64,000 nt of DNA, taken from an uncultured Bacilli bacterium. GTDB taxonomy: Bacteria; Bacillota_I; Bacilli_A; RF39; UBA660. Positions 10,160 to 17,628 of the stretch are shown one piece after another. Positions within the stretch are counted from its first letter, which is position 1. Every line of letters begins with the position of its first letter. The stretch spans positions 106,752 through 170,751 of the forward strand of contig CAKOOO010000001.1 of assembly GCA_934098665.1 (NCBI GenBank). The letters are read 5' to 3'. Position numbers and translations under genes: made by a program. A model generated the notes under the pieces. The model was not told the origin of the DNA. It made no database searches and saw nothing but the letters and a program-made list of their open reading frames with translations.

Positions 10160-10303
10160 AAAATATCCCTCCTTCGTTATTACACCTTAATGCTTCTTCC
10201 TAACATTTCACCCTCTTCGGGCACTCGAAACATTAGTCCACATTAATGTTTATTTGCTTTTAAAGCCAATACTATATTATCAAATATTGTTAATAATTAC
10301 AAG

Positions 10304-10340
10304 TCTAAAAAAATCGCTCTTCACAAAAGCGAAGAACGAT
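10304..10340 (-). terminator. Rho-independent terminator of DGR target paralog A
   Basis: Hairpin cgctcttcac-aaaa-gcgaagaacg followed by a T-run on the minus strand (plus-strand A8 at 10305-10312). A homologous hairpin follows paralog B at 13202-13240. Confidence 0.6.
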
Positions 10341-11411
10341 TTATATTCCTAGTCTATAAGGATTAGTTTTACTTCCTGTTCCTCCAGTTACATACACATT
10401 AGATTTTAGATATAAGACTGGCCTAGCCGCGCGACCATAGGAAGCCGAATTGAAGTACAAATTGCCGACGCTAGTCACGGTAAGAGGAATCGAAGAATTA
10501 TGTGCACTCATAGTCCACTCTAAGCCATTTGAAAATAACCAGTTCTTATTCATATAACTTGCTGGGCTTCCAGCACTTCCTAACACTTCAGTAAATCCTT
10601 CTATTGCGTATCCCCAATCACTTGCATACATCAGTCCTATTTTTGAAGTACTTGTTGTATGAGTTGCTATTTCTTGTGTGTAGTAATTATCTGCTGTTTT
10701 ATATGTACTATCTCCTGCTCCTACATTATAGTATACATCTTCTATCATATTTCCATAATAATCACTTGCATCTATTCCATCTGATGAATAGTTACATAAT
10801 CCTACTGCTGATGTACCTGAATGGCAATAACTATCACAAGATGATGCTTTTCCTAAATAACATGTATTAAGTAAATTTTGAATATTACTTCCCATCCATG
10901 TTGAGTTACTTCCATATTTTATTGCTCCTATAGAATCATTTCTTATTAGTTTTACTCTATTTTGAGTTGTTGCACATCCACTTGTTAAGCATACTGGTAC
11001 GTTACCTATTATTCTCCATAATTCATCATTAAACCATACATAATTATTTGGATCTGTTCCTTGATATCTTTTTCCATGTATTGTAGAAGTACCTTTACTA
11101 TCAACCACATTACTTAAATTACTAGCATTTGAATTAAATGAAATATCACACGTTACTGTTCCCTTTATTTTTGTTATTTCTAGTTTCCATGTTTTAGGGT
11201 TCCATACTCCTTTTCCATGTTCACAATTAACACTTACATTATATTTTCCTTTTGATGGAAAAGATGTTGCATCATTTCCATCTACTTTTAAAGCTATAAT
11301 ACTTCCATTATAATTAAATGTTTTAATGCTTTTACTACTTATAACTATAAGTAAAGTAAAACTTATTATTATAAATATACTACATATTATTATTTTTTTG
11401 TTATATTTCAT
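10341..11411 (-). CDS. secreted surface protein, candidate DGR target (paralog A) with a C-terminal variable region (VR-A about 10425-10497)
   Basis: N-terminal signal anchor. The C-terminal about 250 aa are homologous to those of 13241..14899 (WRIIGNVPVCLTSGCATTQNRVKLIRN etc.). It ends with the VR ...NSASYGRAARPVLYLKSNVYVTGGTGSKTNPYRLGI. VR-A is flanked 3' by the GC-rich motif gcggctaggcc. Confidence 0.6.
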   Translation of the reverse strand: MKYNKKIIICSIFIIISFTLLIVISSKSIKTFNYNGSIIALKVDGNDATSFPSKGKYNVSVNCEHGKGVWNPKTWKLEITKIKGTVTCDISFNSNASNLSNVVDSKGTSTIHGKRYQGTDPNNYVWFNDELWRIIGNVPVCLTSGCATTQNRVKLIRNDSIGAIKYGSNSTWMGSNIQNLLNTCYLGKASSCDSYCHSGTSAVGLCNYSSDGIDASDYYGNMIEDVYYNVGAGDSTYKTADNYYTQEIATHTTSTSKIGLMYASDWGYAIEGFTEVLGSAGSPASYMNKNWLFSNGLEWTMSAHNSSIPLTVTSVGNLYFNSASYGRAARPVLYLKSNVYVTGGTGSKTNPYRLGI

Positions 11412-11661
11412 TTAACATCCTTCTTTCTAATAATTTTATTAATTTATATTTTGTATAATAATATAAATAATTATTTTTTTCATATTCTTTTTTTATTTCT
11501 ATTTCTAAATTATTTAATACAATATAATTTATATTATTTAAATTTTTTATATTCTTATATATTAATTTATCTTCATAAAACGTATAATATTTATTATTTT
11601 TTTTAATTAATATTAAATAATATGGATAAATCATTTTTAATACTTTATATCTTTCTTTCAT
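11401..11661 (-). CDS. hypothetical small protein, very AT-rich and of doubtful reality
   Basis: ORF track only. Composition is Lys/Tyr/Asn-rich and no motif was found. Confidence 0.2.
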   Translation of the reverse strand: MKERYKVLKMIYPYYLILIKKNNKYYTFYEDKLIYKNIKNLNNINYIVLNNLEIEIKKEYEKNNYLYYYTKYKLIKLLERRMLNEI

Positions 11662-11822
11662 ATTTATTTTATCTTTAGCGTCTATAGAAAAAATACGTAT
11701 ATTTTTTCGTCCATCTATTATTTTTTAAAAGTTAAAACTTTTAAGGATAATTAATATTTCTTATGCTAACACTTTGTATAGCCTTAACCATATAAATTTC
11801 AAACATAAGAAGTTGCTAAAAA

Positions 11823-11879
11823 AGCCGCGTTCCCGTTAGAAGCATTGTTGCTATTCACATTAAGAGGGTTCGAAGAAGA
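11823..11879 (-). repeat. DGR template-repeat (TR)-like segment
   Basis: Minus-strand reading is tct tcg AAc cct ctt AAt gtg AAt Agc AAc AAt gct tct AAc ggg AAc gcg gct (S S N P L N V N S N N A S N G N A A). It aligns with VR-B (13325-13397) and VR-A (10425-10497). The clear anchor cases are the TR AAC Asn codons matching TAC in VR-B, in the motif A-S-N-G-N versus A-S-Y-G-Y. It shares the GC-rich gcggct end, then diverges (TR gcggcttttttagc versus VR gcggctaggccagtc), as IMH* versus IMH would. Confidence 0.55.
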
Positions 11880-11910
11880 CTCCTTTTTAAAAATAATTAC
11901 CCTAATATAT

Positions 11911-12408
11911 TTAATAATATCTATTTATAATATGTTTTAATTTATCTTTGTTTACAAAATTATAACTATGTTTATAATTTTGTATTGAATAAAAATATTT
12001 TTTTATATCTATTTTAAGTGCATATATATTATTAATTTTATGTTTTAATTTTTCAATATTATATAGTAATAAATTAATAGCATATGTTAGTCCCATACCT
12101 TTTCTTGTTGCAGTAATTTCTTTACATAAATATTTTGATAATTTTGGGATTAATATATATTTTGCTACATAATGATTTATTACTTTATTAATTATATTTT
12201 CACTCATTACAACTCTTATTTTAGGATCTTTTACTAAAAATATATTATAATTACTTTTAATATATAAATTATTTTCAAGTATATATTTAATATAAATTAA
12301 ATACTCTATTTTATATTTTTCAAATGCAAGAATTTTCTTTCTATTTTTCACTCCTTTCAATATTTCATTATTATATATATCTAATAAATCATTTATTATT
12401 ACTATCAT
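11911..12408 (-). pseudogene. DGR-type reverse transcriptase, N-terminal fragment (finger domain plus motifs 1 and 2) truncated before motif 3
   Basis: 165 aa. It matches the DGR RT N-terminus and motif 1 (FLVKDPKIRVVMSENIINKVINHYV, compare Bordetella bRT FLVYEPKPRLISALEFKDRLVQHAL) and motif 2 (LKIDIKKYFYSI, compare LKSDFSKFFPSI). A stop follows motif 2 by 20 codons and no YxDD lies downstream in any frame. The TR-like segment follows immediately. Confidence 0.6.
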
Positions 12409-12730
12409 GCTCTATCTTATTATCCATCCACTTATTACACATTTTATTTATTTCACTTAACTTATAAGTAACTTTTTTTAAATTACTTTCACTAATATAA
12501 TGTTTAATAAATATTCTTTCTAATATATAATCTATAACACTAATAAATGAATTTATTTCTACTTTATATATAGATATATTTTTATAATTATTTTCATTAT
12601 TAACTTTATTTATAAAATATAATAATTTTATAGATAATTCTTTTAATTTATCTTTATAAAAATAATCTTTTTTAGGTATATTTTCTATTAAATTTATTAT
12701 ACTTTCTAAATTTTTCCATAGAACATTTAT
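12389..12730 (-). other. open frame of 113 codons lacking an ATG/GTG/TTG start; possible Avd-like accessory gene remnant
   Basis: Manual translation of the minus strand from 12730 to 12389 reads INVLWKNLESIINLIENIPKKDYFYKDKLKELSIKLLYFINKV...ILERIFIKHY...KIEHDSNNK with no stop. It is helical, roughly the size of Avd, and lies between the RT fragments. It overlaps the RT N-fragment start by 20 nt in another frame. Confidence 0.2.
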
Positions 12731-12742
12731 TTAATTTATCTA

Positions 12743-13114
12743 TTAAAAAATCCACTTTTTTTTATCTAAATTTTTAAATGACATATCTAAATATTTAGAA
12801 TAAGTATTTATTTTACCAAAGTCTTTTATTAAAGGATCTTTATCTACATCTATAATTTGATAAGATATTTTAGCATCAGATAAAGTATTAATAACTTTAT
12901 TTATTGATGTATCAGGAAAACCTGATACTCCACCTTTCAATACTTTATAACCAAATAAAGTATTCATAATATAAACATCAATATTTTTACATTGATAAAA
13001 TTTGCCATGATTTTTAAAAATTATTAAAAATGATTTATCATCATGTTTTACATCATTAGATGTATAGCACTTTACACTTTTATCTATACATTTTGGTGTA
13101 TCTACCTCCCAGTT
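12743..13114 (-). pseudogene. reverse transcriptase C-terminal fragment (motif 7-like LFGYK plus thumb), located upstream of the N-terminal fragment
   Basis: The ORF-track 74-aa ORF (12743..12967) extends without stops up to 13114: NWEVDTPKCIDKSVKCYTSNDVKHDDKSFLIIFKNHGKFYQCKNIDVYIMNTLFGYKVLKGG.... NTLFGYKVL matches RT motif 7 (FLGYR in bRT). The 67 aa after it match the length of the bRT thumb. HDD may be a degenerate YxDD. Confidence 0.35.
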
Positions 13115-13201
13115 TTACATTATTTTTACTTTTATTAAACATTTTCAAATCTAAAACTTCCTTTCTACTTTACATTGAAAATGTAATATTTACATTTTAT
13201 C

Positions 13202-13240
13202 AAAATCGGCTTCACAAAGCGAAGCACGATTTTTTATTTT
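13202..13240 (-). terminator. terminator hairpin of DGR target paralog B
   Basis: tcggcttcac-aaa-gcgaagcacga, homologous to the hairpin after paralog A. Confidence 0.5.
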
Positions 13241-14899
13241 TTATATTCCTAGTGTATAAGGATCAGTTTTACTTCCAGTACCACCAGTTTTATATACATT
13301 AGATTTTAGATATAAGACTGGCCTAGCCGCGTACCCGTAAGAAGCATTGTGGATGTCCAAATAGCCGTCGTAGTAGACGTTAAGAGGGGATGAAGAATTA
13401 TATGCACTCATTGTCCACTCATATCCATTTGAAAATAACCAGTTCTTATTCATATAACTTTCTGGGTTTCCACTTCTTCCGAGTACTTTAGTAAAACCTT
13501 CTATTGCGTATCCCCAGTCACTTGCATACATTAAGCCTATTTTTGAAGTTGCACTTGCATAACTTGCTATTTCTTTTGTATATTGGTCATCTGCATTTAC
13601 ATATGAAGCGCTTGATGGTACTCCTACATTGTAGTATACATCTTCTATCATATTTCCATAATAATCACTTGCATCTATTCCATCTGAAGAATAGTTGCAT
13701 AATCCTACTGCTGATGTAGAATATGAATAACAATAACTATCACATGAGGATACTTTTCCTAAATAACATGTATTTAGTAAATTTTGAATATTACTTCCTA
13801 TCCATGTAAATGGACTGGATGAGCTAAAGGCAGTTTGATTAAATGCTATTGCACCTATTGAATTGTTTCTTATTAGTTTTACTCTATTTTGAGTTGTTGC
13901 ACATCCACTTGTTAGACATACTGGTACGTTTCCGATTATTCTCCATAATTCATCGTTATACCACACATAGTTATCTGGATCTGTTCCTTGATATCTTATT
14001 CCATGTGTTGTACTTGTCCCTTTTGTATCTACTATAGTAGAAAGTAGCTCACTATTTGAGGGTGTTTTTTGAGTAAATGATATATCACAGTTTACAAAAT
14101 CTGACCAATTAGATATAACTAAACCATTTAATTTATTATCCCATACTGCACTATTTGTTCCACTGCAATTTGTTATACTTTTTGTATATCCTGATAAAAG
14201 GTATGCTGGAGTTGCAACATTTACTGTTACATCTTTTTCTGGTGGAAGAGGATCTCCCATTGTACATTTTGCATTAGTAACTCTATATTTACCTTTAAAA
14301 GTTTTATTTGCTAGTGCTGACTGATCTAAATCTAAATTATAAAATCTATTTGTAAAATTCCATGTTTGTTTTTTATCTTTATTTGAGGAAGAGTTTGCTA
14401 TAACTGCACCACTTACTATAGTTGCAGTTGTAGTGGTTAAATTAAAGTTTTTTTCTTCCACATAATTATTTGTTCCTGTATTTGGACCTTTTGCCTCTAA
14501 AGTAAGTTCTTTTGTTGCTCCACTTGTAACAGGCGTAGGACTTTTTCCATAAATACTTGAATCACTATCATAAGTAAATGTAATATCATATGTACAGCTT
14601 ACTGAATATTCTTCACTACCTGATATTAAAGATACTACTAAAGAAGATGTATTTTCCGCTACATAATTATCTCTATTACTTTGACTCATACCTTTAGGGT
14701 CAATTGTTAAAGCAAAATCAGCATTTGTTACATCTAAAATAGAGTTTGCTAAATTTTTTGCAGCTATATTAACATTTGCTTTATTTGAAATATCCACTAA
14801 AAAATTACCAATATATGCAAATGCCACTGATACTACAAGTACAATTAATACTACAGATATTATAATAGTTTTAATATTTTTCTTATCTAATTTTTTCAT
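13241..14899 (-). CDS. secreted protein, candidate DGR target (paralog B): TasA/camelysin-like N-terminal region with a SipW-type signal, fused to the diversified C-terminal domain (VR-B about 13325-13397)
   Basis: The N-terminus MKKLDKKNIKTIIISVVLIVLVVSVAFAYIGNF resembles the SipW-cognate signal. Residues about 30-230 are homologous to 48674..49351 and 55080..55748. The C-terminal about 250 aa are homologous to paralog A. VR is ...SPLNVYYDGYLDIHNASYGYAARP with Tyr codons where the TR has Asn. Confidence 0.6.
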   Translation of the reverse strand: MKKLDKKNIKTIIISVVLIVLVVSVAFAYIGNFLVDISNKANVNIAAKNLANSILDVTNADFALTIDPKGMSQSNRDNYVAENTSSLVVSLISGSEEYSVSCTYDITFTYDSDSSIYGKSPTPVTSGATKELTLEAKGPNTGTNNYVEEKNFNLTTTTATIVSGAVIANSSSNKDKKQTWNFTNRFYNLDLDQSALANKTFKGKYRVTNAKCTMGDPLPPEKDVTVNVATPAYLLSGYTKSITNCSGTNSAVWDNKLNGLVISNWSDFVNCDISFTQKTPSNSELLSTIVDTKGTSTTHGIRYQGTDPDNYVWYNDELWRIIGNVPVCLTSGCATTQNRVKLIRNNSIGAIAFNQTAFSSSSPFTWIGSNIQNLLNTCYLGKVSSCDSYCYSYSTSAVGLCNYSSDGIDASDYYGNMIEDVYYNVGVPSSASYVNADDQYTKEIASYASATSKIGLMYASDWGYAIEGFTKVLGRSGNPESYMNKNWLFSNGYEWTMSAYNSSSPLNVYYDGYLDIHNASYGYAARPVLYLKSNVYKTGGTGSKTDPYTLGI

Positions 14900-15009
14900 A
14901 TTTATCTTTCCTATCTTACATTTATAATAATACCATAGTCTTATTATTTTTCCAAGTACATAAATAAAAAAAGTTATAACTAAAATTAATTAATTATAAC
15001 TTATATTTT

Positions 15010-17550
15010 CTATACTCCTAAAGGAATATTTTTCTTTTTTAAAATATATTTTCTTATTAAATCTACTATAAAAATAGATAATGATAAAATAAATGTAAAT
15101 AATAACTCTTTAAAAGAAAGACCATAAGTTCTAAATAAATCTTTACCATTATAAATAATATATATTTGAACTATAAATATAAAAATATTTATTATTAAAA
15201 ACACTTTATTTTTTAAAATATGAGCAAAAATATTAAGTCTATGAGTACGTGATGTAAATGAGTTACATATACCTAAAAATATAAATAATGCAAAATATGC
15301 TGTAAATAATGTTTTTTCACTAGGAAAAAGATTTTTTATAAAAGGAAGTTTTAAAAACAAAAGACATAATATTCCTGAATAAATACCATTTATAAGAATT
15401 TGATTAAACATATATTTATTCATAACTTTTTCATTTTTAGTTTTTGGTTTTTCCTCTAAAAACTCTTTTAAAGGTGGTTCATAAGAAAATGCAAGACCTG
15501 CAAAAGTATCCATAATCATATTAAGCCAAAGCATTTGAATTATTGTAATTGGTGTTGATATACCAAGAAGTACTCCTACAATAGATAATACAAGTGCACA
15601 TACATTTACAGTAAGCTGATATATAATAAATTTTCTAATACTTTTAAAAATAGTTCTTCCATAAAGCACTGCATTACAAATTGATTTAATATTATCATCT
15701 AAAATAACTATATCACTTGCATCTTTACTTACTTCAGAACCTGATCCAAGAGCAAAACCTACATCACTTTTTTTAAGGGCAAGTGCATCATTTACGCCAT
15801 CACCTGTCATACCAACAACATAATTATAACTTTGTAAAATTGAAACAAGTCTACTTTTATCTTGGGGAAGCGCTCTTGCTATAACTTTTAAATATTTTAT
15901 TTGGCTCATAATTTGTTCATCTGATAAACTAGAAAGTTCATTATGAGTAAGTGCTATAGACCCATTTTTATAAAGACCTAACTCTTTAGCAATATTTATA
16001 GCGGTTTCTTTACTATCACCAGTAATCATAATAACTTTTATACCTGCATTTTCTATTTGTTCTAGACTTTCTTTAGCATCTTTTCTAAGTACATCAGATA
16101 TAATAATTAAGTTAATAAAAGTAAGCTCTTCTTTATTTTTTCCATAAGCATTTACTAAAACTCTATATCCTTTTGAGGTATAACTTTTTATAGTATTTTC
16201 TAATATCATTTTCGATGAAAAAAATTCTTCTTTTCCATTTAAAGTTAAATATTTAGTGCATTTTTTTAAAAGTACTTCACTTGCTCCTTTAAAATAGTAA
16301 AGATCTGATTTTACCATACTATATTTATTTTCTGATGTAAAAAGAACTTTTTCAGTTATAATATCAGTATTATTAAGTGGTCCAATAAACCTTTTAATAG
16401 CTTTATCCGTAATATTACCACCAATAATATCTTTTCCTGAAAATACACTTTCATTATTTAAAAATAAAGATTTAGAAAGTATATTATAATAATCTTTATA
16501 ATGGGTTAATTCCTCTTTTGATTTAAATATTTTTCCATTATTAGAAATAATATATTTTACATTTAACTTACCCATTGTTAATGTACCAGTTTTATCACAT
16601 AGTAAAACATTTAATGAACCACTTGTTTCTATACCTACAAGTTTACGAACAAGTACATTATCCTTTAGCATTTTTTTCATATTCGAAGAAAGTACTAAAG
16701 TAATCATCATAGGAAGGCCTTCGGGTACTGCTACAATGATAATGGTTACAGTTAATGTTAAAACGTAAAAAATATAATTAAGCATCAAAGGAATATTTTT
16801 TAAAGTAAGCACTATTAAATGGATATTAAAATTATTTTTAACAACAATTTGCATAAATAAATATGATAAACTTGCAAGAGATGCACCAATATAACCAAGT
16901 TTACTTATACTTTTTGCAAGAACACGTAATCTTCCCTTCAAAGGGCTTTCACTCTTTTTTTCTTGAACGCCTTTAGAAATATCTCCCATAAAAGTATTAT
17001 CACCAACACTAGTTACTTTTATTTTAGCTTCGCCCTTATATACTGTCGAAGAGCTATAAACAGTTTCATTATAACCTTTGGTAACTTCACGGCTTTCACC
17101 AGTAATAAAGGACTCATCTAAAGTAAGCGTGCCAGAAATAATTTTACCATCTGCCGCAATTTTATCTCCCCCTGATAAACACAAAATATCACCAACAACA
17201 ACATCTTTACTTTGAATACTTATAAGTTTATTATTACGAATTACTTTAGCACTTGTTTTTTGACTTTCTTCGAAAAGTCTTTCAAATGCTTTATTAGAAC
17301 CATATTCACTTATCGAAGATATAAAAGATGCTAAAAAAATTGCAATAACAATTCCAAGTGTTTCATACCAGTCAAAATTTTTAAATAAAAATACAACTTT
17401 TATGGCAAGAGCTATTAAAAGTATTTTAATTATAGGATCAGATAGTGACTCTAATAATATTTTTAAAAATGTATCACCTTTTTTTCTAGTTATTTCATTA
17501 CTACCATATTTTTTACGACTACTTAATACTTCATTATCATTTAGTCCCAA
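15010..17550 (-). CDS. P-type cation-transporting ATPase (Ca2+-ATPase type, P2)
   Basis: The phosphorylation motif is CDKTGTLT, the hinge motif is GMTGDGVNDALALKKSDVGFALG, and there are 10 predicted TM segments. Confidence 0.9.
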   Translation of the reverse strand: MGLNDNEVLSSRKKYGSNEITRKKGDTFLKILLESLSDPIIKILLIALAIKVVFLFKNFDWYETLGIVIAIFLASFISSISEYGSNKAFERLFEESQKTSAKVIRNNKLISIQSKDVVVGDILCLSGGDKIAADGKIISGTLTLDESFITGESREVTKGYNETVYSSSTVYKGEAKIKVTSVGDNTFMGDISKGVQEKKSESPLKGRLRVLAKSISKLGYIGASLASLSYLFMQIVVKNNFNIHLIVLTLKNIPLMLNYIFYVLTLTVTIIIVAVPEGLPMMITLVLSSNMKKMLKDNVLVRKLVGIETSGSLNVLLCDKTGTLTMGKLNVKYIISNNGKIFKSKEELTHYKDYYNILSKSLFLNNESVFSGKDIIGGNITDKAIKRFIGPLNNTDIITEKVLFTSENKYSMVKSDLYYFKGASEVLLKKCTKYLTLNGKEEFFSSKMILENTIKSYTSKGYRVLVNAYGKNKEELTFINLIIISDVLRKDAKESLEQIENAGIKVIMITGDSKETAINIAKELGLYKNGSIALTHNELSSLSDEQIMSQIKYLKVIARALPQDKSRLVSILQSYNYVVGMTGDGVNDALALKKSDVGFALGSGSEVSKDASDIVILDDNIKSICNAVLYGRTIFKSIRKFIIYQLTVNVCALVLSIVGVLLGISTPITIIQMLWLNMIMDTFAGLAFSYEPPLKEFLEEKPKTKNEKVMNKYMFNQILINGIYSGILCLLFLKLPFIKNLFPSEKTLFTAYFALFIFLGICNSFTSRTHRLNIFAHILKNKVFLIINIFIFIVQIYIIYNGKDLFRTYGLSFKELLFTFILSLSIFIVDLIRKYILKKKNIPLGV

Positions 17551-17628
17551 AGTAATATACCTCCATTTAAGTATATTAAAAAAATATAAAGTTAATGATA
17601 ATTAAAAAAGAAAGAATTTTATTTCTTT

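Noticed and set aside
10160-10300. Possible structured rpsB 5' leader (small hairpins such as cattagtccacattaatg)
   Set aside because: Only short, weak stems were found. I cannot distinguish a conserved S2 autoregulatory element from chance AT-rich pairing without a covariance model.
11840-11880. tRNA-like T-loop sequence gggttcgaa within the TR-like segment; possible tRNA or tmRNA fragment
   Set aside because: There is no complementary acceptor stem or anticodon arm. The same region is protein-coding in the paralogous VRs (agaggaatcgaag / agaggggatgaag), so the resemblance is coincidental.
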